Source of the DNA: an uncultured Gammaproteobacteria bacterium
GTDB taxonomy: Bacteria > Patescibacteriota > Patescibacteriia > Patescibacteriales > UBA12465
Length of the DNA: 64,000 nt
Direction of reading: 5' to 3'
NCBI GenBank assembly: GCA_964470695.1
Contig: CAYYDR010000001.1
Location: 10,638-74,637 of the forward strand
This document shows positions 20,150-29,174 of the stretch, piece by piece (the first letter of the stretch is position 1; every line of letters begins with the position of its first letter). The translations under genes were made by a program, and so were the position numbers. The notes under the pieces are model-generated. The model saw nothing but the letters and a program-made list of their open reading frames with translations. It ran no database searches and had not been told where the DNA came from.

Positions 20150-21820
20150 ATGTTGGCTGAAAAAATTATTATGACAAATGAGCAAAAAAAACCCATCGTT
20201 GCTTATTTCAGTATGGAAATAGGCTTGGAAAATAATATCAAAACTTACTCCGGGGGACTCGGAGTTTTAGCTGGTGATATTTTAAAGTCCGCGGCCAACG
20301 CTAATTTCCCTATGGTAGGGATAACATTGTTTAATGACCAGGGATACTTTAAGCAGACTATTAGTAAAAATGGCCAACAGGAGTTTGGACCGGACGATAA
20401 ATATGATTTTTCTAAATTAGAAAAGTTATCAGCCCAAATAGAAATATTAATAGGGAACGATAAAGTTTTGGTAGGCGTCTGGCAGTATTTTATCGTGGGC
20501 CATAATGATTTTGTTGTTCCGGTATATTTTTTAGATACCAATATTAATGGCAATAAAGATATTTATAAAAACTTAACCGGCGAGTTATATGGCGGCGATA
20601 ATGAATATCGTTTGCGGCAGGAAATTATTTTAGGACGAGGCGGAGTTAAAATGCTGCGAAAACTCGGCTATCAGGATATAAAAAAGTTTCATCTTAACGA
20701 AGGGCATGGCGCTTTAGCGGCAATAGAATTATTTTTAAATTCTGAAAAAAAATCGGATGAAGCTAAAATTAAAGATGTTCGGTCGCATTGTGTTTTTACG
20801 ACTCATACCCCTATTCCTAAGGCCCATGATATTTTTTCAAAAGAATACTTATTGAAATATCAAAAAGATTTCCCCGTCCATTTAACGGCCTTATATGATG
20901 AAGAAGGAAATATCCATTTTACTAGTTTAGGCCTTTATTTTAGCGGTTATTCTAACGCTGTTTCCCGTCTGCATCAAGAAACGTGCCAAAAAATGTACCC
21001 TAATTATAAAATTAATTTTGTTACTAACGGAGTGAATTCAGAATTTTGGTCCGTTCCAGAGTTTCAGAATTTATATAATAAATATATACCTGACTGGCTT
21101 AATAATAACGCTAGTTTGGCGAAGGCAGAAGATATTCCGCTGGGAGAAATTTGGTTAGCGCATCAGGCGGCTAAAAAGAGATTAATTCAACATATTAATT
21201 CAAATTCATTAGAGCATATTGATGAAAATATTTTTACGATTGGATTTGCTCGCCGTTTTACGGCTTATAAACAGCCGAAATATTTATTTCAAGATATAGA
21301 AAAATTATTAGCGATTAACGAGAATATCGGTAAGATGCAGATAATTTATGCCGGCAAAGCGCATCCCAGAGATATGGCCGGTCAAGAGATGATTAGATTT
21401 ATTCATGACCTAAAAAAGAAGTTAAAAGAAAAAATTAAGGTAATATTCTTGGCCGATTATAGTTTAGATAAAGCTAAATTATTGGTAGCCGGTGTTGATC
21501 TCTGGCTCAATACTCCAAAATTGTATCACGAGGCTTCTGGCACGAGCGGCATGAAAGCGGCTCATAATGGCGTTCCGCAACTGAGCACTTTAGACGGGTG
21601 GTGGCCGGAGGGATACGTAAAAAATAAAACTGGTTGGGCGATTGTTGAGAGCGAGAATGGCCAAAATAATTTATATGATGTTTTGGAAAAAGAAATTATT
21701 CCGATGTATTATAATAAACCGGATAAATGGCAAGCGATGATGCGCGACACGATTAGTTTAAACGCGGCGCGGTTTAATTCGTGTCGCGTTCTAAAACAAT
21801 ATATTAAAGAAGCTTATTAG
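20150..21820 (+). CDS. glgP: Alpha-glucan (glycogen/maltodextrin) phosphorylase
   Basis: YFSMEIG, YSGGLGVLAGD, HLNEGH, GFARRFTAYK, EASGTSGMKA (PLP lysine). Confidence 0.93.
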   Translation: MLAEKIIMTNEQKKPIVAYFSMEIGLENNIKTYSGGLGVLAGDILKSAANANFPMVGITLFNDQGYFKQTISKNGQQEFGPDDKYDFSKLEKLSAQIEILIGNDKVLVGVWQYFIVGHNDFVVPVYFLDTNINGNKDIYKNLTGELYGGDNEYRLRQEIILGRGGVKMLRKLGYQDIKKFHLNEGHGALAAIELFLNSEKKSDEAKIKDVRSHCVFTTHTPIPKAHDIFSKEYLLKYQKDFPVHLTALYDEEGNIHFTSLGLYFSGYSNAVSRLHQETCQKMYPNYKINFVTNGVNSEFWSVPEFQNLYNKYIPDWLNNNASLAKAEDIPLGEIWLAHQAAKKRLIQHINSNSLEHIDENIFTIGFARRFTAYKQPKYLFQDIEKLLAINENIGKMQIIYAGKAHPRDMAGQEMIRFIHDLKKKLKEKIKVIFLADYSLDKAKLLVAGVDLWLNTPKLYHEASGTSGMKAAHNGVPQLSTLDGWWPEGYVKNKTGWAIVESENGQNNLYDVLEKEIIPMYYNKPDKWQAMMRDTISLNAARFNSCRVLKQYIKEAY

Positions 21821-21825
21821 AAATG

Positions 21826-21856
21826 AAAAAGGTCAATCTAGAGATTGACCTTTTTT
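21826..21856. terminator. Bidirectional terminator
   Basis: AAAAAGGTCAATCT/AGATTGACCTTTTTT inverted repeat between convergent genes. Confidence 0.75.
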
Positions 21857-21878
21857 AGAGATTAGCTTTTTGGAGCAG

Positions 21879-22346
21879 TTATTTTTTAATTTTTTCCCTA
21901 AATTTTTTAGGGATAACAACCGGTTCTACAAGGGGGGTTGGCTTTAAACCGAGTCTGACAAATTCGGCTGTACCACCTACATAACGTGATAACCCTGTTT
22001 TATCTAAGAATTGAGTTATCTTGCGGAGAGTGTTAGCCTTCCTTTTGTTGTCTAGTTTTTTGGGATCATTTAGTACGTCCCGGGTTTTATTTAGGTAATC
22101 AATTATATCAAACCACTTTGCCTTAGTTCTTGGCAGGGCCGGGAAGTACGTTTTTCCGGTGTTAATTATCTGAAGCAAGTATTCATACTTAAATGCAATC
22201 ACCTCTTTGCCATGGTGATGGTATGAAACTTTTTGTGGGTCATACGGCGCTAGTACTTCGTTACTAAAACAACAAACAATTTTAACGATAGTTGATTTTT
22301 TTCTGTTTTGCTGTTTTACGGATGGCTGGTTGATTCGGCTTGTCAT
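21879..22346 (-). CDS. Hypothetical basic protein
   Basis: 155 aa ORF with GGAG SD and TTGACA promoter; no recognisable motif. Confidence 0.65.
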   Translation of the reverse strand: MTSRINQPSVKQQNRKKSTIVKIVCCFSNEVLAPYDPQKVSYHHHGKEVIAFKYEYLLQIINTGKTYFPALPRTKAKWFDIIDYLNKTRDVLNDPKKLDNKRKANTLRKITQFLDKTGLSRYVGGTAEFVRLGLKPTPLVEPVVIPKKFREKIKK

Positions 22347-22528
22347 TTCTACTCCGATTGGTTTTTGAATTGTTGTTTAAAGAACTTGAGGTATTTTTGT
22401 TTTAATATTCCGATACTTCATTCTTACATAAATATAAGAATTTGTCAATAGTTTAATAATTTAAGTAATTTTGCTACTATTATATAAAATAGCCAAACTT
22501 AGCTTATTAAACCACTAAAGACCAAATT

Positions 22529-22933
22529 ATGAAAAAGAAGATTCCCCTAGTTTCCTTTGATTTTTGGCGCTATCTGATAAATATTTGGTCAATTCTATTT
22601 TTTACGGTTATTGTTTTTGATTTTATAACCGACAATTCCTCTGTTGATCTTCTAAATCTGATTTCCATGGTCTATGTCGGCGTCCTGACTATTTATGTCA
22701 GCAATAAGGAATTTGAGCGCTGGTATCATCGCCACCATAATCAGCATCCGGGCGAAATATTCGTTATTGCCTGGTCGGCTTTAATTGCTTCGTTGATTGT
22801 TATAGATTTTATATCTAAATCGCCTTACCACTTGCCCGGCGCTGTCGCCTCTTCTTATATTGCCGTTTTGACTATTCTGGCTATTACCAGAAAATCAAAG
22901 CAGACTTATCAAGCCCGTTATCAAAAGAGGTAA
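22529..22933 (+). CDS. Hypothetical 4-TM membrane protein
   Basis: Hydrophobic helices with KEFERW..HPGE loop. Confidence 0.7.
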   Translation: MKKKIPLVSFDFWRYLINIWSILFFTVIVFDFITDNSSVDLLNLISMVYVGVLTIYVSNKEFERWYHRHHNQHPGEIFVIAWSALIASLIVIDFISKSPYHLPGAVASSYIAVLTILAITRKSKQTYQARYQKR

Positions 22934-22990
22934 TTTATTTATTGTCTAAAACAGAGTATAATTAAGGCATTACAAAATAAATAAAAATTT

Positions 22991-23248
22991 ATGGCTAAAA
23001 AAACTAAAGCGAAAACTACTCAAGAACAATTTAAGATTGACGGTCATGAAGTTTTGCAGAAGGTTAAGCAGCTTATTAAGGAGGGTAATGTCCGTCGTAT
23101 TATTATTAAGAATGAAAAGGGGAAAGTGATGATGGAAATACCGATGACTTTCGCGGTGGTCGGAGCGGTTTTTGCCCCGGTGTTAGCGGCGGTCGGCGCC
23201 TTAGCAGCCCTAATGAATAAGTGCACGATTGAAGTAGAGAGAAAATAA
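22991..23248 (+). CDS. DUF4342-like small protein
   Basis: KVKQLIKEGNVRRIIIK..EIP..APVLAAVGALAAL..CTIEVER. Confidence 0.8.
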   Translation: MAKKTKAKTTQEQFKIDGHEVLQKVKQLIKEGNVRRIIIKNEKGKVMMEIPMTFAVVGAVFAPVLAAVGALAALMNKCTIEVERK

Positions 23249-23268
23249 TTTTTAAGATAAAGAAATAT

Positions 23269-23297
23269 AAAAAAGACCTAATTACTAGGTCTTTTTT
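23269..23297. terminator. Bidirectional terminator
   Basis: AAAAAAGACCTA-ATTAC-TAGGTCTTTTTT. Confidence 0.75.
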
Positions 23298-23340
23298 ATT
23301 TATATATTTTAATTTGAGTTCTTTATTAATTCAAGCTTTA

Positions 23341-24762
23341 TTAATCTAAGCTTTCCACATTAACTCCAAAGCTCCAATCAATTTCCGAGAATTCATGCAA
23401 TAGTTTATTAATATATTTTTTTAACTCTTGGTAGCGCTCGTTGGTTTTAGCTTCAAATTTTATGGTTAGATAAGGTCCATTCTGGGAGTATCTGACCACG
23501 AACATGGCATCGGACATTTCTAAACGTACGCCGTCTCCCGCTCTTTCGTCGCTTATTACCTCAACCTGTGGGAAATCTATTTTTAATTTCTGGGCAATTT
23601 TTTCTACTAAAGCCACTTTTATATTATCAGGCGTGCCGACTTTTATTTCTGGGCTAGAAATGTAAATAGGCAATTTAGATACGAGATAAGATAATTTTTC
23701 GCCTGTTCTTGCTAGATGTCCTAATAAGCGGAAGGTAGAATAACAGCCGTCATCATGATTGTAGAAATCTTTAGAAAAGAAAAAATGCCCGGATAATTCG
23801 CCAATGAAGGCGGCTTTAACTTCTTGGTTTTTCTTTTTAAGAAAGGAGTGTCCGGTTCGCCACATAAATGGCCGGCCGCCGTGGCTTTCAATTGTTTCAG
23901 TTACTACCCTAGAGCAAAGAGTATTAAACATGATTATTTCTTTAGGGTGCTGGCCCAAGACGTCGGCCGCGAAGAGAGCGACTAAGACATCATTCCAAAT
24001 TATTCCGCCCTTATCATCAACAATGCCAATCCGGTCACCATCCGCGTCATAGGAAAAGCCGATATCCGCCCCTTCTTCTAACACTTCGGCGCTAAGGCGC
24101 TTGGCTAAACTTACTTCGGTCGGGTCGGGCGTGCCTAGCGGGAAGCTAGGATCAATTTGGCAATTTTTTTCTATTACTTCATGCCCCGCCTGGCGCAGTA
24201 AGTCAGGCACAATAACGCCAGCGGTAGCGCAACTAGCGTCAACCACGATTTTAAATTTTTTATTGAAAGGGAAGCGGCGAATAATATCGGCGAAGTAGGC
24301 ACTTTTAACATCTTGTTTAGTAATAGTGCCAAGTTGCTGGCCAATTTCGTAATCATCATTTTCAATCATTTTTCGCAATTCCTGCATGCCCTCGCTAACC
24401 AGTGTTTCCGAAAATCCGTTAGCAAATTTAAAGCCATTATATTCAGCTGGATTATGCGAAGCGGTAACAAAAACGCCGCCCTGGCAGTCTAAATAATACT
24501 GCGCCCAATAAAACGTTCCGACCATGTTTAAACCGATATCAACCACATTTATTCCCGCCCAAGTCATACCCTTAATGATTGCCTCGCTATAAGCCGGGCT
24601 AGTAGCGCGGCAGTCATAACTGACCACAGCTTTAAATAAGCCCTGTCGTTTAAGATAGGTGCCATAGGCCTTGCCGATATGTTCAACGATTAGAGGAGTT
24701 AAGTCTTTGTCTACTAGACCGCGTAAATCATAACCGCGGAAAATCTGGGGGTTTATATTCAT
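23341..24762 (-). CDS. Phosphomannomutase/phosphoglucomutase
   Basis: FRGYDLRG, TASHNP phosphoserine loop, DADGDR metal loop, GELSGH. Confidence 0.95.
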   Translation of the reverse strand: MNINPQIFRGYDLRGLVDKDLTPLIVEHIGKAYGTYLKRQGLFKAVVSYDCRATSPAYSEAIIKGMTWAGINVVDIGLNMVGTFYWAQYYLDCQGGVFVTASHNPAEYNGFKFANGFSETLVSEGMQELRKMIENDDYEIGQQLGTITKQDVKSAYFADIIRRFPFNKKFKIVVDASCATAGVIVPDLLRQAGHEVIEKNCQIDPSFPLGTPDPTEVSLAKRLSAEVLEEGADIGFSYDADGDRIGIVDDKGGIIWNDVLVALFAADVLGQHPKEIIMFNTLCSRVVTETIESHGGRPFMWRTGHSFLKKKNQEVKAAFIGELSGHFFFSKDFYNHDDGCYSTFRLLGHLARTGEKLSYLVSKLPIYISSPEIKVGTPDNIKVALVEKIAQKLKIDFPQVEVISDERAGDGVRLEMSDAMFVVRYSQNGPYLTIKFEAKTNERYQELKKYINKLLHEFSEIDWSFGVNVESLD

Positions 24763-24772
24763 ATTTTTATTA

Positions 24773-25918
24773 TTAAATCTTGCCGAGCTGATGAGAAATG
24801 TAGGTCCAGATACCGCCTACCCCGAATAAAATAGCTAATAATCCTAGCAGCCAGCCGACATAAGGGAGCGCAAAAATTAGCCAGCAAATTAGAATGCCGA
24901 CAATCATAGTCCATAACAAAGGCGTGTCATTCCTCTTGGTTAGTTTTTTAATGATGACTTGCCCGATTATAATGGCCGTCAATATTTTGGCGACATAAAT
25001 CATGATTAGCCAGCTTGCGGTAATAATTAAGGCTAGAGGAATACCAATAATAGTAATCATTAGTAGTAGGGCGATGGGCAAAAGGACAAAAGTTAAGATA
25101 AGACCCGGCAGCCACATTTTAGCCGGCGTCTCCGTCATTTTAGTTAAAATGTTGCCAGTAATATTTTTGCCGATGAAGATTAATATTAAGCCGACGGCTA
25201 AAGCCGAGAAGATGGAGAATAACTCGCTCCATAGCCAGACTAAAATTTTATTGTTAGAATTTTTTTCTTGGATAGGTTTCTGTTGCACTTTTCCGGCTAG
25301 GCTCGCTTGATCAGAAATTTTTGCCGCTTGGTTGGAAGTATAGGTAATATCGCCATTAACAACCGCTTCAGGAGATATAACTAGCGGTTCGCTAATATTA
25401 TTATCAGCAAATTTAAGGTTAATGTTTTTTCCTACTTTGCCGGCGATTAAAGCCTGGCCAGCTTGTCCGGCGAGGCTGCCGTCAATTATTCCTCTTGATT
25501 CTATTGTGGAGCCTAATAGATAAGCATCCCAGCCAATACGTGAATTCGGCCCTAATACTATGTCGGCGCCGAAAGCGTTGGTATTGCGGATAGAGGATCC
25601 ATTGATAGTTAAGGAGTTGCCGGCAATACGAATATTGCCGCCCACTTCGCCATTGATAGTGATATTTTGGCCAGCGGCGATAACATCACCTTCTACTCGT
25701 CCATTCATATTAATGGTCTGAGCCACGGCAATTAAATCACCGCTGATAATGCCGTCAACAGTTATGCTTTCACCGGCCGCGTAAAAGTTGCCGTTGATGA
25801 TTTCTTCTTTGGCGATATAGATTGGCCCGCCAGTGCTTGTTGTAGCAGCTAAAGCCATTGAAACAGGCAGCAGCAGTATGGCGAAGAAGATTAGTGGTCG
25901 TAATAATTTTTGAGACAT
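24773..25918 (-). CDS. Membrane protein with polymer-forming cytoskeletal (bactofilin-like beta-helix) repeats
   Basis: Signal peptide, repeated I/V-x-G-x-V/I-x-G-D/N units, C-terminal multi-TM domain. Confidence 0.75.
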   Translation of the reverse strand: MSQKLLRPLIFFAILLLPVSMALAATTSTGGPIYIAKEEIINGNFYAAGESITVDGIISGDLIAVAQTINMNGRVEGDVIAAGQNITINGEVGGNIRIAGNSLTINGSSIRNTNAFGADIVLGPNSRIGWDAYLLGSTIESRGIIDGSLAGQAGQALIAGKVGKNINLKFADNNISEPLVISPEAVVNGDITYTSNQAAKISDQASLAGKVQQKPIQEKNSNNKILVWLWSELFSIFSALAVGLILIFIGKNITGNILTKMTETPAKMWLPGLILTFVLLPIALLLMITIIGIPLALIITASWLIMIYVAKILTAIIIGQVIIKKLTKRNDTPLLWTMIVGILICWLIFALPYVGWLLGLLAILFGVGGIWTYISHQLGKI

Positions 25919-25998
25919 AGCGATATTGTTAAGTTTAAAAAAATCCTGTATTATTAAGGGATTATTTAAGATTTATATTTCAATTATAGCCGAAATAT

Positions 25999-27639
25999 AT
26001 GGGTGAAGCAATAAAAGAATTATTACAAGAGCATATCCATTCTATTAAAAGCCGCAATGACTTAGAGGCGGTTAAGCGTTTGCTTTGCAAGAAGTATGGC
26101 TTAGCTTCTATTCCTAATGCCGATATTTTAAAAGAATATAGCCTTTGGCAGAAAGCTACTGGCCAGTCAGTTGATATTTTAACTAAAATATTACGCAAAA
26201 GATCAATTCGGACCATGTCCGGCATCGCGCCTATCGCCGTTTTGACTAAGCCCTATCCTTGTCCTGGCACCTGTGCCTATTGTCCTCATGAGAAAGAAGT
26301 TCCGACTAGCTATTTATCTAATGAGCCGGCCGTAATGAGAGCAATCCGCTGCGGCTATGACCCCTATCGCCAAGTAATCCTGCGTTTGCGGTCTTTGGAA
26401 AATAATGGGCACGTCCCGACCAAATTAGAAATTATTGTGATTGGCGGCACCTGGAGTTATTTGCCGACTCGCTATAAATATTGGTATATATTAAATTGTT
26501 TTCGGGCAGCTAATGATTATAATTATTTTCATAAATTTCCCAGTCAGCTTGATTCGGCTGAGAAAATTGATGATAAAAAATTATCGGCTCCATATAAACA
26601 ATCCTTGAGTCTAACGGCGCTCCGTAAAGAATTATTTAAACAACAAACTAAAAATGAATCGGCTCGTTATAGCGTTATCGGCCTGACCTTAGAAACGCGG
26701 CCCGATTATATTGATAGAGGAGAGTTGTCGCAAATGCGCGAGTTAGGCTGTACGCGCGTGGAAATCGGCGTGCAAGCGGTAGATGACGAGATACTCAGAA
26801 TTAATAAGCGCGGCCATGGTGTTAAAGAAATCGCTGAGGCCACTAAATTATTAAAGGAGTATGGCTTTAAGGTTACTTATCATTTAATGCCCGCTTTGCC
26901 GGGTGCTACGCCGGCTAAAGACTTATCATTATTTAAAAAGCTATTTAGTGATGAGTGCTTCCAGCCCGATCAGATTAAATTTTATCCGACAGTCGTGACT
27001 GCCGGCAGTTTATTATATCGCTGGTATAGGCAGGGAAAGTACAAGCCTTATTCCGATAAAGTTTTGCGCGATTTAATTATTAAATGTAAGGCAGTTGTTC
27101 CGACTTATGTTAGAATAATCCGCTTAATTCGCGATATTCCGGGGGAGTCAATTATCGCTGGCAATAAAATTACTAACTTGCGCCAAATCATGAAAGATTT
27201 AGGCACTAAATGTAATTGTATTCGTTGCCGCGAGGCCCAGGACAAACCTTTGGCTAATAATTATATTACGCGGACAATTAGTTATCCGGCTTCAGGCGGG
27301 ACAGAATATTTTATTAGTGCTGATAGCCAAGACACTAAAACTTTATATGGTTTTTGCCGTTTAAGAATTGATAAAAATAGTCCGGTGGCGGGAGCGATTA
27401 TTCGCGAGCTGCATGTCTATGGTGAATTAGTTTCCGTCGGGAGTATAAAAAAGGTTCAGCATAGCGGCTTGGGACAAAAATTATTAGCTCAGGCCGAAGA
27501 ATTAGCTATTAAGAATAATTGTGCTAATATTTCAGTAATATCAGGGGTAGGAGTTAGAGGATATTATCGTAAATTTGCTTACAGGCTTAAGAATGGGTAT
27601 ATGGTAAAAGATTTAAAACAGCCCCTCAAGGTTAAATAG
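25999..27639 (+). CDS. elp3: Elp3-type radical SAM/KAT tRNA U34 carboxymethyltransferase
   Basis: RTMSGIAPIAV, CPGTCAYCP (CxxxCxxC), ETRPD, IRLIRDIP, IRELHVYG, QHSGLG, ISGVGVRGYY. Confidence 0.92.
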   Translation: MGEAIKELLQEHIHSIKSRNDLEAVKRLLCKKYGLASIPNADILKEYSLWQKATGQSVDILTKILRKRSIRTMSGIAPIAVLTKPYPCPGTCAYCPHEKEVPTSYLSNEPAVMRAIRCGYDPYRQVILRLRSLENNGHVPTKLEIIVIGGTWSYLPTRYKYWYILNCFRAANDYNYFHKFPSQLDSAEKIDDKKLSAPYKQSLSLTALRKELFKQQTKNESARYSVIGLTLETRPDYIDRGELSQMRELGCTRVEIGVQAVDDEILRINKRGHGVKEIAEATKLLKEYGFKVTYHLMPALPGATPAKDLSLFKKLFSDECFQPDQIKFYPTVVTAGSLLYRWYRQGKYKPYSDKVLRDLIIKCKAVVPTYVRIIRLIRDIPGESIIAGNKITNLRQIMKDLGTKCNCIRCREAQDKPLANNYITRTISYPASGGTEYFISADSQDTKTLYGFCRLRIDKNSPVAGAIIRELHVYGELVSVGSIKKVQHSGLGQKLLAQAEELAIKNNCANISVISGVGVRGYYRKFAYRLKNGYMVKDLKQPLKVK

Positions 27640-27676
27640 ATTTGTTTTTATTAGCAATAAAGCCTATAATATTATC

Positions 27677-27739
27677 ATGTTAATTACTCGTTATATTACA
27701 ACTTGGTCCGGCTTTAATCGCTCTATCAATACTTTTTAA
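27677..27739 (+). CDS. Putative leader peptide MLITRYITTWSGFNRSINTF
   Basis: ATG lies 6 nt after TATAAT (27665-27670); stop codon abuts the alternative hairpins. Confidence 0.45.
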   Translation: MLITRYITTWSGFNRSINTF

Positions 27740-27790
27740 CCAAAGGGTTTTTTGATTTATCAAAACGCCCTTTGGGGCGTTTTTTTATTT
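27740..27790 (+). promoter_or_regulatory. Putative attenuator (antiterminator/terminator switch)
   Basis: CCAAAGGG (27740-47) pairs with CCCTTTGG (27768-75), competing with terminator AAAACGCCC-TTTG-GGGCGTTTTTTT (27762-27786). Confidence 0.65.
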
Positions 27791-27806
27791 ATCTAAATTA
27801 CTCTTT

Positions 27807-28454
27807 ATGGTTTCTGATAAAATAAATTTTAAAATAGTAGCTGCCCTAACTTTTTATTTAGTTTCGCTTTTAGCCGCTAACACGCTCGGTCTAAAATTAA
27901 TGCCTTTTGTTTTTGGAACGCATTTATCAGTGGCAATTTTTTTCTTCCCCTTTGTTTTTATGACCACTGATGTAATCGGCCAGGTGTATGGCAAAGAAAT
28001 GGCTAAAAATTTTGTGTGGGCCGGGCTTATTAGCGTTTGTTTGTTTTTATTTTATTCTCTGATTTCTCTGGCCGTGCCTTGGTCGCCGGACGGGCTGTTG
28101 TTTAAAGATAGCTTCAATGCTATTTTTGGCGTCTCACTACGGATGTCTATTGCCTCGCTGCTGGCTTTCTTTATTGCTGAATACCAGGATGTCATCGCTT
28201 TTTTCTTTTTCAAGAAAAAGTTACAAGAAAAAGCTTTCTGGCTCCAATCTACTTTATCTAATCTTTGGTCGCAATTTTTAGACACAGCTATTTTCATGGC
28301 GGTGGCCTTCTTGGGCGTTTATTCATTTAAAGCTCTTGTTTTAATGAGCATTCCTTGGTGGCTATATAAGGTAGCTCTAGGTTTTTTGTATACCCCCTTA
28401 GCTTATTTAGGCATTTATTTACTGAAGTATGAAAATAAGAGCCATCAAAACTAA
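27807..28454 (+). CDS. VUT/YhhQ (queuosine precursor transporter) family membrane protein
   Basis: FPFVFMTTDVIGQVYG, ASLLAFFIAEYQD, SNLWSQFLDTAIF, YTPLAY. Confidence 0.85.
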   Translation: MVSDKINFKIVAALTFYLVSLLAANTLGLKLMPFVFGTHLSVAIFFFPFVFMTTDVIGQVYGKEMAKNFVWAGLISVCLFLFYSLISLAVPWSPDGLLFKDSFNAIFGVSLRMSIASLLAFFIAEYQDVIAFFFFKKKLQEKAFWLQSTLSNLWSQFLDTAIFMAVAFLGVYSFKALVLMSIPWWLYKVALGFLYTPLAYLGIYLLKYENKSHQN

Positions 28455-29127
28455 AATTTTTCGTCCGGGCGATGATTTATTTATTTTTATTAATAAATAT
28501 TTACCACGGCCATCAGAAAAAAGTATTCTGGTAGTTACCTCAAAAATTGTCGCTTTAGCCGAGGGAAGAATTGCGGAAAAAACTAGTGAAGCCGCTAAGG
28601 AAAAAATAATTAGATTAGAGAGCGATTTTGTTTTGCCGACTAAGCAAGTCTATTTAACCATTAAAGACGGCTTAGTTATGGCTAACGCCGGGGTTGATGA
28701 GAGTAATGGCAACGGGAAAATAATTCTTTTGCCCCGCGACAGCTTTAGTTCGGCGCAGGCGCTAAGAAATTATTTTAAGCAAAAATATAAATTAAAAAAT
28801 TTCGGCGTTATTATAACTGATAGCCGTTGTTTACCATTAAGAGCCGGCGTCGTTGGGGTCGCCTTAGGTTATGCCGGGTTTAAAGGCCTGAAAGATTATC
28901 AAGGGCGGCCAGACATTTTTGGCCGGCTGTTTAAGTATGCCCGAGTTGATGTCGCTGATAGTTTGGCGGCCACCGCGGTTTTAGTCATGGGCGAGGGGAA
29001 AGAAAAGCAGCCGCTTGTAATAATCAGCGGCGCTCCGGTTAAATATACTAATCGTTTGAATAGAAATGAGTTAAAAATTGATATTAAGGAGGATATTTAT
29101 GGCCCTTTATTTAGAATAATTAAATAG
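28429..29127 (+). CDS. CofE-family gamma-glutamyl ligase (candidate alternative folate glutamyl ligase, FolC2-like)
   Basis: VVTSKIVALAEGR, ANAGVDESN, GVIITDS, DIFGR, ADSLAA..VMGEG. Confidence 0.85.
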   Translation: MKIRAIKTKIFRPGDDLFIFINKYLPRPSEKSILVVTSKIVALAEGRIAEKTSEAAKEKIIRLESDFVLPTKQVYLTIKDGLVMANAGVDESNGNGKIILLPRDSFSSAQALRNYFKQKYKLKNFGVIITDSRCLPLRAGVVGVALGYAGFKGLKDYQGRPDIFGRLFKYARVDVADSLAATAVLVMGEGKEKQPLVIISGAPVKYTNRLNRNELKIDIKEDIYGPLFRIIK

Positions 29128-29130
29128 CTA

Positions 29131-29167
29131 ACTAGTTTTTGACAAAACTAGTCCGCTAAACTAAGAT
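29131..29167 (+). promoter_or_regulatory. glyA promoter overlapped by a perfect inverted repeat
   Basis: TTGACA(29139)-17 nt-TAAGAT(29162); ACTAGTTTT-TGAC-AAAACTAGT at 29131-29152. Confidence 0.55.
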
Positions 29168-29174
29168 TAACAAT

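Noticed and set aside
27680-27790. preQ1, THF or ZTP riboswitch upstream of the YhhQ-like transporter
   Set aside because: No recognisable aptamer consensus by eye; the uORF attenuator fits better, though an Rfam scan is still needed
28429-29127. Coenzyme F420 biosynthesis
   Set aside because: Only a CofE-family gene is present and its context is folate genes; no cofC/D/G/H in the window
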